Positions 48,706 to 58,480 of a DNA stretch of 64,000 bases are shown in pieces. Position numbers and translations under genes: made by a program. The stretch comes from Candidatus Hydrogenedentota bacterium. GTDB taxonomy: Bacteria > Hydrogenedentota > Hydrogenedentia > Hydrogenedentales > CAITNO01. Under the pieces are notes generated by a model. It saw only the letters and a list, made by a program, of their open reading frames with translations, was not told where the DNA came from and made no database searches. Positions within the stretch are counted from its first letter, which is position 1; every line of letters starts with the position of its first letter. The stretch is from positions 1,697-65,696 of the forward strand of contig JACFMU010000003.1 of assembly GCA_019455225.1 (NCBI GenBank), given 5' to 3'.

Positions 48706-49944
48706 CTATTTCGCGGTGATGTCATAGCAGCACAAGGCGTCCCCGTGCCGGATATAAAGACGCCCGTTGGCGATGGTCGGGTGCGCCCAGTGCTCGCGGG
48801 TTCCCGCGGTCATGACGAATTGTCCGGTTCGTTCGAAGCCCTCGCGGGAGGGTTTTATCAAACTCACAACGCCGCTTTTATGCCCCTCGTAGGCATACAG
48901 CATGCCGTCCGCCGCGACTATCGCGGCCTGGCGCACCTCCTTGCTGTCCCAGAGCATTTTTCCCGTTTCCCAGTCAAGGCAGACAAGCCGGCTGCCGCTT
49001 TTGTGGTGCGAAGTGCCGTAAATGCACCCGTCAACGAGCACCACGCCGTGGTGCTGGCAGTCGAGTTCGGTGTCCGTCCACAGCACGGTGTATGAGGAGG
49101 CGTCCGGGGACAGCTCCAGCACGCCGCCGCCGGACTTGTATCCGGCCACATAATACACGCGGCCCGCATGGTACACGGGCGTGATCGCATGGATGTCCCA
49201 CTCGGTCGGGTGCTCATGTTTCCAAAGGAGTCCGCCCGTGTCCGCGTCCGCGCAGACAACCCATTTCGAAGTCATGGTCAGCAGGATGCGCCGCCCGTTG
49301 TGGACCGCAAGGCCGACGGAGGCGTAGGAGGTCATGTCTGTCAGGCCCTTCGTGACCCAGACCGTTTCTCCGGTGTTCTTGTCCAGCGCCGCCAGCGCGG
49401 CATCCTCGCCGCCGGGCGTGCAGATGACCCGGTCGCCGTCCACCAGCAGCGACTCCGCAAGGGCCCACTCGTTCATGGGTCCCTTGAACTGTTCAAGAAT
49501 GTTGACCTGCCACAGGGACGCGCCCATGGTGAGGTCAATGCACATCGCCTCGCCAAGGCTGGAGAGCAGGTAGACCCGCCCGTCCTCCACCGTGGGGGTG
49601 GACCGCGCGCCCGGCGCGGTTTCCGCGTCGCTCTCCCTGCCGTAGGGGATGCGGTCCAGCTCCTTGCCGTCCGTGTTCAGGACGAAGAGAAAACTCTCCT
49701 GGCCCTCCAGCGTGCCCGTGAGATACACGCGCCCGTTGGACACGGCGGCCGAGGAGTACCCCACGCCGAAACCGGTGGCCGTCCACAGCAATGGCGGCCC
49801 CCCCTCCGGCCAGGCCTTCATCAGGCCCGTCTCGCCGGGGAACACGCCGTCCCGGTTCGGACCGCGAAACTGGGGCGAATCGCCCGCGTGGGACGCGGCG
49901 CACAGGGCGGCAAGAAACAGCGCCGTCAGACAGGTCTTTTTCAT
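48706..49944 (-). CDS. Secreted PQQ/BamB-like beta-propeller repeat protein
   Basis: MKKTCLTALFLAALCAASHA is a signal peptide. Repeated blades are RVYLTGTLEG.ESFLFVLNTDGKEL, RVYLLSSLGEAMCIDLTMGASLWQ, and CLDWETGKMLW. Confidence 0.75.
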   Translation of the reverse strand: MKKTCLTALFLAALCAASHAGDSPQFRGPNRDGVFPGETGLMKAWPEGGPPLLWTATGFGVGYSSAAVSNGRVYLTGTLEGQESFLFVLNTDGKELDRIPYGRESDAETAPGARSTPTVEDGRVYLLSSLGEAMCIDLTMGASLWQVNILEQFKGPMNEWALAESLLVDGDRVICTPGGEDAALAALDKNTGETVWVTKGLTDMTSYASVGLAVHNGRRILLTMTSKWVVCADADTGGLLWKHEHPTEWDIHAITPVYHAGRVYYVAGYKSGGGVLELSPDASSYTVLWTDTELDCQHHGVVLVDGCIYGTSHHKSGSRLVCLDWETGKMLWDSKEVRQAAIVAADGMLYAYEGHKSGVVSLIKPSREGFERTGQFVMTAGTREHWAHPTIANGRLYIRHGDALCCYDITAK

Positions 49945-49971
49945 GGGGAGTCCTTTTGTTGCGGGGGTGTG

Positions 49972-50436
49972 TTACCTGGTGTTGTCCGTGGAGTCCGGCG
50001 CCATTTTCTCCGCCGGGAGGCCGCCCACGGAAAGGGCCGCGCCGTCCCACCGCGCGGTGATGGGCTGCCCCATGACCGACGCCTCCACGGCGCCGTCCGT
50101 GTAGCGGTATTTCACGGTGATGCCGCCGGGCGCGTGCGGGGCCACATCCCCGCCCTTCACCAGCAGGCGCCCCGCGTCGAGAAAATGGACCGTCATCTCC
50201 CCCAGCCGCCATTCAGTGCCCACGAGGAGCCGGTGTTTGGGGTCCTCCGGAAGGGGCGCGGGCGCGGAGACCGGGGGCGCCGCGGCGGGCGCCGGCGCGG
50301 CCGCGGGCTGCGGGGGCGGTGTCGGCGCCGGGGCGGGGCCGCCGCAGGCGGCTGTCAACAGCAGGGCGCAGCAGCAAAGGGCCGGAGACAACCGGGCCAG
50401 AATATGTTCACGCGTCAACCGCTCGGCCAAAGACAT
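49972..50436 (-). CDS. Hypothetical lipoprotein with a Pro/Ala-rich linker
   Basis: MSLAERLTREHILARLSPALCCCALLLTAACGG has a lipobox, followed by PAPAPTPPPQPAAAPAPAAAPP. A ggaga RBS is present. The start at 50436 is preferred over the track's 50607. Confidence 0.5.
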   Translation of the reverse strand: MSLAERLTREHILARLSPALCCCALLLTAACGGPAPAPTPPPQPAAAPAPAAAPPVSAPAPLPEDPKHRLLVGTEWRLGEMTVHFLDAGRLLVKGGDVAPHAPGGITVKYRYTDGAVEASVMGQPITARWDGAALSVGGLPAEKMAPDSTDNTR

Positions 50437-50537
50437 TTCTCTTTCTCCATGCCGCCGTCCCTGCGGGGGGTTTCGGGATTGTATCATGCGGGGCCGCCCG
50501 CCGGGGTCGGACGATGCGGCCGGGTCCGTCCGCCCCG

Positions 50538-51146
50538 CTATCCAATTTTGCAGGCCGTCCGCTCCACCTGCCAGGGGCTGCGGCCCGTGTCCACCACGGT
50601 AACCCACGCGCTGCCGTCACCGTCCGCCAGACGGCCCGGCCCGATGAACAGCGCGCCGTCCACAAAACGCGCGTAAGGCTCCGCGCCCCCGCCGCAGACG
50701 GCCAGGTCAAAGGCCTCCGCCTCGCGCTGGCGGCGCAGGCGCGGTTCGGGCGCGCCCGCCTCCAGCACCTCGTTGCGGGTGGTAACAGAACCATGGCACA
50801 GCACGATGCCCAGCCCGCCCGCGTCGCAGCGGCGCTTCCAGCGCAGCGCGTTGAGCCACTCCACCTGCGCCGTGTTCAGCGTGGCATGGACCGCCGCCGC
50901 CCGCGCCGCCATGTCGCCCCCTTTCGCGGTGAAGCGGCGTCCCGCGACAAGCCGCTCCACCGGCCCCTGGACGCACAGCATCCCCGAAGTCCGCAGGCGG
51001 TCCGCCAGGGCTGACGCGGTTTCAGGCGCGCCGAACAGGCCCCCCGCCTGCAGTAACAGGGCGGGTCCGAGCCCGGAAGTTGCGCGCACCGCAGCGTCCA
51101 TTGCGTCCATGTTGCCTTCCAGCGCGCCGAAAACAACGATTTTCAT
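50538..51146 (-). CDS. Metallophosphoesterase-like protein with degenerate metal-binding motifs
   Basis: MKIVVFGALEGNMDAMDAAV stands in place of SDIHGN. VLCHGS and AVCGGG patterns are present. The fold call is tentative. Confidence 0.4.
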   Translation of the reverse strand: MKIVVFGALEGNMDAMDAAVRATSGLGPALLLQAGGLFGAPETASALADRLRTSGMLCVQGPVERLVAGRRFTAKGGDMAARAAAVHATLNTAQVEWLNALRWKRRCDAGGLGIVLCHGSVTTRNEVLEAGAPEPRLRRQREAEAFDLAVCGGGAEPYARFVDGALFIGPGRLADGDGSAWVTVVDTGRSPWQVERTACKIG

Positions 51147-51531
51147 GGGGTGCTCCAAAGTCCTGTTTCCGCCGCCCAAGTGCGCGTTTTGGCCCATGGC
51201 GACGGGGTGATTGTTGACAAAAACGCCGCAAACCCCTGCAAATAAAGGGGCTTTGCAGTCCGCGTTTTTCTGGTTTCCATTTTCCCCTTATTTTACAGGG
51301 GTTTCACGCGGCATGCCAAAAAAATTCCGGTCAAAAAAAGGCTTGACAAACGCCCCGTCAATGAGTACTAAATTAACTGTTCCGGAAAGTCCGGCGCGTC
51401 GGTCGGCGTGTCCTGTCCGGGCCGCGCCCGGCGCGGCGGATTCTCCGGAAAAGCGCGCGGCGTCCGTAACGTCCGCGCCGGTGAAACGACATTTGGGGCA
51501 TTGCACCAAGACAAAAGGAGGAACGAAACAC

Positions 51532-51849
51532 ATGGCCATCAAGAAAGCGAAAAGCACCGACAAGCCGATGACGAAGACCGCGATTATCGCGGCCCTGGCC
51601 GAAGAGACCGGGCTGGGCAAGAAAGACGTGGTGAAGGCGCTGGACGCCATCACGGCCCTTGCCTATGCGCAGGCGGCGGCGGGCTTCACCCTTCCGGGCC
51701 TTGGCAAACTGAAGGTAGTCGAGCGGAAGGCGCGCATGGGCCGCAACCCCGCCACCGGCCAGAGCATCAAGATTCCGGCCAAGAAGGTCCTGAAGTTCAC
51801 GGTCGCCAAGGCCGCCAAGGATGCCATCGTCCCCGCCAAGAAGAAGTAA
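51532..51849 (+). CDS. HU/IHF-family nucleoid-associated DNA-binding protein with a short Lys-rich N-terminal extension
   Basis: MTKTAIIAALAEETGLGKKDVVKALDAITALAYAQAAAGFTLPGLGKLKVVERKARMGRNPATGQSIKIPAKKVLKFTVAKAAKDA matches the family. An aaaaggagg RBS is present. Confidence 0.8.
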   Translation: MAIKKAKSTDKPMTKTAIIAALAEETGLGKKDVVKALDAITALAYAQAAAGFTLPGLGKLKVVERKARMGRNPATGQSIKIPAKKVLKFTVAKAAKDAIVPAKKK

Positions 51850-51961
51850 TTCCCCGCTTTCACAAAAGCCCGGAGCCGCAAGGCTCCGGGCTTTTTGGTT
51901 TGTTTGCAGCCAGGCCCGCCGCGGTTTGCGCGGCGGGCGGTGCGTCATTGTTGGAGGACCG

Positions 51962-52564
51962 TCACAGGACCGTGAAGTTCGCCCGGCCCGAGATGGCCGA
52001 CCGCGCCGTGCGCACGGTGGTGACCAGGGTGTAGTTGCCGGGCTGGGTGTTGCCGGGCAGGCGGAAGGGCTGCGCGCTGACCCAGGTGCCGTCCTCGCGC
52101 GTGAAGTTCTGCGTGGAGATGTCCGCCACAACGCGGTCGCCCAGCATCAGCGTGCGCTGCTCGCCGACCTGCACGCCGGGCCCGGCGCCCAGCAGGGCGT
52201 ACTGGATGGTGCCCTCGATCTGCTCGCCGGGACGAACGGACATGGGCAGCACCTCGGCACGCTCCAGCGTGAGCATCTCGCCCTGCGCGGGCTGATAATT
52301 GTAGGCGGCCTCGGTCTCCGCCTTGCTCCGCGCCCGTTTCACCTTGATATCCTGCACGATCAGGCCCGTGAGCGCGCCGACCGCCGCGCCGATGAGCGCG
52401 CCCTCGACGGCGTGGCCGGACTGGTGCCCGATGATCGCGCCCGCGCCCGCGCCCAGCGCGCCGCCGAGCCCGGCGGCCTCGCCGTAGGTCTGGCAGCCGG
52501 CAATGCCCGCCGCGCCGAGACTGGCCGCGACCAGGCAGCACATCACTTTGCCGAAGTTACCCAT
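51962..52564 (-). CDS. Lipoprotein with a glycine-zipper N-terminal region
   Basis: MCCLVAASLGAAGIAGCQ is a lipobox. GLGGALGAGAGAIIGHQSGHAVEGALIGAAVGALTGLIV is a Gly-zipper. Confidence 0.6.
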   Translation of the reverse strand: MGNFGKVMCCLVAASLGAAGIAGCQTYGEAAGLGGALGAGAGAIIGHQSGHAVEGALIGAAVGALTGLIVQDIKVKRARSKAETEAAYNYQPAQGEMLTLERAEVLPMSVRPGEQIEGTIQYALLGAGPGVQVGEQRTLMLGDRVVADISTQNFTREDGTWVSAQPFRLPGNTQPGNYTLVTTVRTARSAISGRANFTVL

Positions 52565-52687
52565 CTGTTGCTCCTTTCCAGTTCTTTGAGCCTGCCCTAC
52601 CTAACGAATTTGCGGGGCGCTCTATTCATTTTCAAAGGAAACCGGGGGCGGCTCCAAGAAGCCGCCCCCGTGTCCGCGCGTTGCCTG

Positions 52688-53929
52688 TCAGGCCTTTTTC
52701 TTCCCGGGGACCGGGATGGGGCCAAGCGGATACTCCTTGTCGAAGTCCAGCACGGCCGGGACGATGTTCTCGTCGCTGTTGAGCGCGTCGTCCCACTTGA
52801 CCTCCTGGCCGGTGTAGGCGGCCATGCGGCCCATGATGGCCGTCAGGCAGCTCTCGGCCACCTGGACGCCCTCGTTCAGGTAGGGGCCGCCGCCGAGGAT
52901 GCTCGCGTACAGGTCCGTGTGCTCCTGCACATACGGGTCCGTGGTGTCGCGCATGGTGCGGCAGGGGCTCTTCCCCTTGGTCCCCGTCACCTGCTCGAAC
53001 ACGCCGTTGGCCGAGTTGTTCCAGTGCCGCGACATGCTCAGGACATGGACGCCGTTCGGGTATTCATAGTCGCAGGTGAAATTGTCCCAGATGTCGCCGT
53101 AGCGCTCCTCGCCGAGCGGTTTCCAGGCGCGCCCGCCCGACGCCACCACCTTCACCGGGTGCGCGTTCAGCGCCCAGTTAATCACGTCCAGGTTGTGGAC
53201 ATGCTGCTCGAGGATGTTGTCGCCGCAGGTCCAGCACTGGTTGTACCAGTTGCGCAGGCGGTATTCGAGATCGCTCCAGCCCGGCTTGCGCGCGTGGCTG
53301 AAGGGGAGGTCGCCGTTCCAGTAGGCGCGGCCGGCGACAATCTCGCCGATGTCCCCGTCGTGGATGCGCTTGATGCCCTCGATGTAGGGCGCCTGGTGGC
53401 GGCGCTGCGTGCCCGCGACCACGGACAGTTTCATCTCGCCGGCCTTGCGCGCCGCCTCCATGAACCGGCGGATGCCCGTGGCGTCCACGGCCACCGGCTT
53501 TTCCGTGAAGATGTGCTTGCCCGCGTTCACCGCCGCCTCGAAGTGAAGCGGGCGGCAGTAGGGCGGCGTGGCCAGCATGATCACGTCCACGTCCGTCTTC
53601 AGCAGTTGGGCGTAGGCGTCGAGCCCCACAAAGCACTGCTCGTCCGTCAGGGCGACCATGGCCGCCTTCTCGTGGCTCTCCAGTTTCTTCCGGCAGTCCT
53701 TCAGCTTGTCCTCGAACACGTCCGCAAGGGCGGTGATCTTGACGTTTGCGCCGCTGTCGAGACAGTTGAACGCCGCGCCCGTGCCGCGCCCGCCGCATCC
53801 GATGAGGCCGACCTTCAACGCGTCGGCCTGGGCGCGCGCGCCCCGCGCCGACAACACGGCAAAGCCCGCCAGCGCCGACATCTTCGCAAAATCCCTGCGG
53901 CTGATTCCGCCGCCCTGCTCAGTTCCCAT
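52688..53929 (-). CDS. Tat-exported Gfo/Idh/MocA-family NAD(P)-dependent oxidoreductase
   Basis: SRRDFAKMSALAGFAVLSARGARAQA is a Tat signal. LKVGLIGCGGRG is a Rossmann motif. The EKP motif is FTEKPVA. GGAGG lies 9 nt upstream of the ATG at 53929. Confidence 0.8.
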   Translation of the reverse strand: MGTEQGGGISRRDFAKMSALAGFAVLSARGARAQADALKVGLIGCGGRGTGAAFNCLDSGANVKITALADVFEDKLKDCRKKLESHEKAAMVALTDEQCFVGLDAYAQLLKTDVDVIMLATPPYCRPLHFEAAVNAGKHIFTEKPVAVDATGIRRFMEAARKAGEMKLSVVAGTQRRHQAPYIEGIKRIHDGDIGEIVAGRAYWNGDLPFSHARKPGWSDLEYRLRNWYNQCWTCGDNILEQHVHNLDVINWALNAHPVKVVASGGRAWKPLGEERYGDIWDNFTCDYEYPNGVHVLSMSRHWNNSANGVFEQVTGTKGKSPCRTMRDTTDPYVQEHTDLYASILGGGPYLNEGVQVAESCLTAIMGRMAAYTGQEVKWDDALNSDENIVPAVLDFDKEYPLGPIPVPGKKKA

Positions 53930-54095
53930 GCTGCAAATCCTCCTGACCCTCGGGTCGCATCGTGGTTTTATAACGGTCCGGCACCATTCCGGGCCATGCA
54001 CCGAAACAGCATAGCAGAAAAGCCCGCGCATTTCAGCAAGTTTGGCGGTCATGGCGGCGGCGAACGCGTCAACACTGCGGCGGCATGACACTCGG

Positions 54096-54372
54096 ACAGG
54101 TTGGCGCGGGCGTTTGTTCTTGCTCTTGCTCTTGCTCTTTATCTTGCTCCCGATCCAAATCCCCAACCGATTCCGGCTTCCGGACCCCGCCATCACTTCC
54201 CTGCCTGCCGGTGTGTGCCCGGTCTTTTGGACGGCATTTTCACTTCAGAAAAACTCATGTCCTTTTGATGCACGGTGGGTTTTCATGGCCAAAGGGCATG
54301 TTGCCGCCTTCGCGGAAACAGAAGTGGAGCAAGAGCAGGATAAAGAGCAAGAGGAGGAAAAAAACCGGGATG
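54096..54372. repeat. MITE-like element copy D (most complete member of the TTGCTC/GAGCAA-armed family)
   Basis: The left arm is ttcttgctcttgctcttgctctttatcttgctcc. The conserved module is ccaaccgattccggcttccggacc...cctgcctgccggtgtgtgcccggtc. The right arm is ggagcaagagcaggataaagagcaagaggaggaaaaaaaccgggatg. It lies between divergent genes. Confidence 0.65.
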
Positions 54373-54502
54373 ACGGGGAGAGGGGTATTTGTGAATGTGT
54401 GGAAATTTGGAATACAAAGGTATTCGAGACGCCTGCCCTTGCGGTCATGGCGGCGGCGGCGGCCCGTCTTGTAAGATAAGGGGCGCAACCGCACCCCAAA
54501 GG

Positions 54503-57379
54503 ATGTCCGAAATGACCCGAAGAATCCCCAAACGCCGCCCCGTCCTGTTTCTTTTCCTCCTGCTGCCGCTGGTGGCGGACTGGGCCGCCACGGCGGCGGT
54601 CATTGACGACGAGGTGGACATCTCCGGCCATTACATGCAGGTGCGGCTGTCGCCGGACGACGGCGGCACCATCCATTCGATGCGCCTGCTGACGGGCGCG
54701 GAGAACCTGGTCGGACCGGCGGGCATCCTCCTCGAGGGCTTCGGGGTGCCCAGCCGCTATGTGCCCAACCGCCGGGTGAACGAGCAACTGGAGGCCCTCG
54801 AGGAGCATCCGGACCGGCCCGTGCTGCGGTTCAGCTACGACTGCGAGGGGCCGAACATCCAGGGGCTGCATGTGACCCGCATCATGGAGCCCCTGCCGGA
54901 CGAGGCGTCCATGCGGGTGACCTGGATGGTGGAGAACCGGGGGAAGGAGGACCAGTGGATTGCCCCGTGGATCGGAAACGACCTGCTGCCCGGCGGCGAT
55001 GTCAGTCCGGAGGACCGCATTGACCTGCCCACGGACCGGGGAATCATCCGGGCCGAACGCACGGCGTGGCACTCCGCCGCGCGCAACTGGATCGCCGCCA
55101 CCGCGCCCGCCGCGCAGGAGAGCCTTTTCGCGGTCTTCGACGCGGACCAGATATACGCGTTCCTCACGCTGTGGGACGAGGACAGCGTTGGCCGGGGGGT
55201 GCAGGCCGCCTTCACCCCCATGTTTTTGAAGCCCGGCGCGTCGTGGAAGACGGTCTATCGCATCGGCGTGACCCGCGGCCTGCGCCGGGTGGACTTCGCC
55301 ACGGACGACCTGGCCGTCGAGCTCCAGTATTCGCCCGGCACGCTCATCGCGCTCATCGCCGCCGTGAAGCCCCTCAGCGGGGTCCAAATCGAGGCGCGGG
55401 TGGTGGCGGAGAACGGGCGGGTCTGGAAAATGCCCGCGAAGAAGTTCGACATCGAGCCGGGCAAGGTCATCCGCTGCACCTACCCCTGGGACGCGCCCGC
55501 CGACGGTCACTACGAGTTCATGGCGCGGCTCATCAAGGACGGCGTCACCCTGCCCCTCGGCGCGGAGACGAACTCGCCGCACGGCGGCATAGACACGCGC
55601 TTCACCGTGGGGAAACCCGCGCCCCGGACGTTGGAGGCATGGACCGACGCCCCCCACGCCATGGACCGCGGCCCGCGCACCCTGGAGCGGACCCCCGCCT
55701 TTGCCGGGGACCCCCTGGTCTGGGTGGCGCCCGCGCTCGAGAAGGTTTTCCGCGAGGACAAGGTCAAGCCCGCGGGAACGCCGTCCCCCCTGGCCCGCCT
55801 GGGCCTGGCACGGGGCGAGCGAGAGGCTTTCCAGATTTGTTTCCGCCCGGAAAAGGAGCCCCTGCTCAGCCTGGGCGTGGAGCCGGGCGACCTGGTCCAC
55901 GAGTCGGGCAATGCGCGCATTCCCGCCGCCGACATCACCGTGGCCGACGTGCGCTGGATGCCCGTGCGCATCCCCTCCCACTTCGAGGGGCCCACGGGCC
56001 TCTGGCCCGATGCGCTGCCGCCGCACAAGCCTTTTGTCGCGGAGCGGGGAGTCACCTCCGCGGTGTGGGTCACGGTGCGCGCGCGGCAGGGCCTGCCCGC
56101 CGGGCTGTACCGGGGAAAAATCACCCTGCGCGCGCTGGACGCCGAACCCCGCGAGTTAAACGTCGAGGTCCGGGTATATGACTTTGACCTGCCGGAAACG
56201 CCCCGGCTGAAGACGGACTTCGGTTTCTGGGATGAGGCCGCCGTGCGCGGCGCCAAAGCCCTCGGCGGGCGCGGCGACGCCGCATCGCTCACGCAGGCCT
56301 ATCTGGACAACGCCCTGGAGCACCGGGTGACCCTGCGCGAGGCCGTGGCCCTGCCCGAACCCGGCGCGGGGGACTACGGCGCCGCGCTGGCGGGGCGCCT
56401 GCCCGCCCTGAGGCAGGCCCTGGCAAAGGGCGCGACCACCATCGCCGCGCCGCCCGCGCTGCTGGCCGCGCCGGAAAAACTCGCCGCCCTGGACGCCTTT
56501 GTCCGGCGCGAGGGGCTGCAGGGCCGGGTCTTCACCCCGATGGCCTACGAGCCGCCCGAGCCCGCATGGCCGAAACTGATGGACTCCCTCGCCAAGTGGC
56601 GGGCGGGCGCGCCGAACGTGCCCGCCTCGGTGAGCACCATCGGCCTGCACCCCTTCCTGCCCGACGACGTGGGCCTGTGGTGCGTCCACGCCCAGTTGAT
56701 GGACACCCAGGCCGGGCTGGACCTGCTCCGGCGCATCAGCGAGGGCCGCGAGGTCTGGTGGTACGTCAGCCACACCCCACCCCGGCCCTACGGCAACCTC
56801 TTTGTGGATTTCGCCGCCGTCGAGCACCGCATCCTCTTCTGGCAGGCCTGGGCGCTGGGCATGCGCGGCATGCAGTACTGGAGTGTGAACTACTTCCACG
56901 AGTGGCAGGACCCCCACACGGACCTGCTCGACAGCACGCCGGTCAACGGCGACGGCTGCCTCGTCTATCCCGGCCCGGACGGGCCGGTGAACTCCATCCG
57001 CTGGGAGACGGTCCGCGACGGCGTCGAGGACTATGACTATCTCTCGCTGTTCATGGACCGGCGCGGCGACCTGCTGGCGCGCGGCGGACACCAGGAACTA
57101 CTCCAGCGCGCGGCGGCCGCCTACAACCTGCAGACGGTCGTGCCCAGCCTGGTCACTTTTACCCGCGACCCCGCCGTGCTGATGAAAAAACGCGCCGAAA
57201 TCGCCACCATGATCGAGGAGATGGACCGCGCCCTGAAGGCGGCCCCGCCGAAGACGGCGGCGCCCGTGACTCCGCCGCCCGCCGCGGCGCCCGTGACTCC
57301 GCCGCCGCCGCCCGCCCCGGCGGCGCCCGCCCCCGCCGAGACGGCGCCGAGGAAAAATTTCGGCGGCCGGGGCGAGTAG
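54503..57379 (+). CDS. DUF4091-domain putative glycoside hydrolase (secreted) with a Pro/Ala-rich C-terminal tail
   Basis: A signal peptide MSEMTRRIPKRRPVLFLFLLLPLVADWAA is present. The C-terminal region WWYVSHTPPRPYGNLFVDFAAVEHRILFWQAWALGMRGMQYWSVNYF...GDGCLVYPGPDGPVNSIRWETVRDGVEDYDYLSL matches the DUF4091 signature. The start at 54503 is preferred. Confidence 0.6.
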   Translation: MSEMTRRIPKRRPVLFLFLLLPLVADWAATAAVIDDEVDISGHYMQVRLSPDDGGTIHSMRLLTGAENLVGPAGILLEGFGVPSRYVPNRRVNEQLEALEEHPDRPVLRFSYDCEGPNIQGLHVTRIMEPLPDEASMRVTWMVENRGKEDQWIAPWIGNDLLPGGDVSPEDRIDLPTDRGIIRAERTAWHSAARNWIAATAPAAQESLFAVFDADQIYAFLTLWDEDSVGRGVQAAFTPMFLKPGASWKTVYRIGVTRGLRRVDFATDDLAVELQYSPGTLIALIAAVKPLSGVQIEARVVAENGRVWKMPAKKFDIEPGKVIRCTYPWDAPADGHYEFMARLIKDGVTLPLGAETNSPHGGIDTRFTVGKPAPRTLEAWTDAPHAMDRGPRTLERTPAFAGDPLVWVAPALEKVFREDKVKPAGTPSPLARLGLARGEREAFQICFRPEKEPLLSLGVEPGDLVHESGNARIPAADITVADVRWMPVRIPSHFEGPTGLWPDALPPHKPFVAERGVTSAVWVTVRARQGLPAGLYRGKITLRALDAEPRELNVEVRVYDFDLPETPRLKTDFGFWDEAAVRGAKALGGRGDAASLTQAYLDNALEHRVTLREAVALPEPGAGDYGAALAGRLPALRQALAKGATTIAAPPALLAAPEKLAALDAFVRREGLQGRVFTPMAYEPPEPAWPKLMDSLAKWRAGAPNVPASVSTIGLHPFLPDDVGLWCVHAQLMDTQAGLDLLRRISEGREVWWYVSHTPPRPYGNLFVDFAAVEHRILFWQAWALGMRGMQYWSVNYFHEWQDPHTDLLDSTPVNGDGCLVYPGPDGPVNSIRWETVRDGVEDYDYLSLFMDRRGDLLARGGHQELLQRAAAAYNLQTVVPSLVTFTRDPAVLMKKRAEIATMIEEMDRALKAAPPKTAAPVTPPPAAAPVTPPPPPAPAAPAPAETAPRKNFGGRGE

Positions 57380-57463
57380 GAGCGGCGTTATCCCGCAATC
57401 CCCCGCCGGGAGTATACTTTCCGCGCACCCAGGTGACATGGGCGCTCCGGAGACATTCAGGCC

Positions 57464-58471
57464 ATGCCGAAAAGTTCAGCCAAACCCGCAGGCGTCGCGC
57501 GGTGGACCTGCCTCGCATGGGACGGAACGGGAAGCGCCGTGCGCGCGGTGGAGGTGTCCGACATCGCCCAAGAATCCGGCCCGGACCGTTTCCTGTGGGT
57601 GGACGTGGAGCATCCGGGCGTTGACGACACCCGGCGCCTGGGGGAGCTTTTCGGCTTTCATCCCCTCGCGCTGGAGGATGTCCTGAGCAACCGCGTGCGC
57701 CCGAAGCAGGAGACCTATGACGGGACCCTGTTCACGGTCATGTCAGCCCTGGAGCCGGACCGCGCCGGGGGCCGCCGCGTCTCAACCGTAACGGTCAGCC
57801 TCTTCCTCCGTGACCGCCTGCTGGTCACCTGCCACGAATGCCCCCTGCCCTGCGTGCGCGCCGCGCTGAAGTTCCTCAAGGAGACGGCCTCCCCGGGCAG
57901 CCACCCGCCGGACTACGCCTATTACCTGATTCTGGACGGCATACTGGACGAGTACCTCACGGAAATCGAGGCCATCGAGGACGAGATGGACCGCATCGAG
58001 GAGGAGGTCTTCCATCCGCGCCGCAACTCGGACCCGCGCCGGACGATCTTTGAGACCCGCGGCTGGCTGTCCAGAATCAACCGCTCGCTTCTCCCGAAGG
58101 AGGAGACCCTCCGCGCCCTGGTGCACCGCGACTTTCCGCAAATCAGCCCCCAGACCCGCACCCTCCTGCGGGACGTGCTCGACCATGTGCTGCGGGCGCG
58201 GGACCACATCACGGCCCTGCGCGAGCTCATCACGGCGCTGATGGAGGCGCACCTGTCAAGGCTGTCCATGCGCCTGGAGGAGAGCATGAAACTCCTGAGC
58301 ATCATCGCCACGCTGATGCTGCCCCTGAGTTTCCTCACGGGCATTTTCGGCATGAACTTCGAGTACCTGCCGGGCCTCCACTGGCGCTATGGTTTCGCCG
58401 CGCTGGTGGTGTTCATGGTGATGCTGGTGGGGCTGATGCTGTGGCTGTTCCGGCGCATGCGCCTGCTCTGA
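57464..58471 (+). CDS. corA: Magnesium/cobalt transporter CorA
   Basis: GIFGMNFEYLPG is the GMN motif, followed by two C-terminal TM helices. Confidence 0.9.
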   Translation: MPKSSAKPAGVARWTCLAWDGTGSAVRAVEVSDIAQESGPDRFLWVDVEHPGVDDTRRLGELFGFHPLALEDVLSNRVRPKQETYDGTLFTVMSALEPDRAGGRRVSTVTVSLFLRDRLLVTCHECPLPCVRAALKFLKETASPGSHPPDYAYYLILDGILDEYLTEIEAIEDEMDRIEEEVFHPRRNSDPRRTIFETRGWLSRINRSLLPKEETLRALVHRDFPQISPQTRTLLRDVLDHVLRARDHITALRELITALMEAHLSRLSMRLEESMKLLSIIATLMLPLSFLTGIFGMNFEYLPGLHWRYGFAALVVFMVMLVGLMLWLFRRMRLL

Positions 58472-58480
58472 GCGCCCGCG

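Noticed and set aside
50538-51146. Calling the 202-aa protein a functional metallophosphoesterase
   Set aside because: The signature metal-binding motifs are degenerate (GALEGN for D-x-H-G-N). I keep it as MPE-like with low confidence only.
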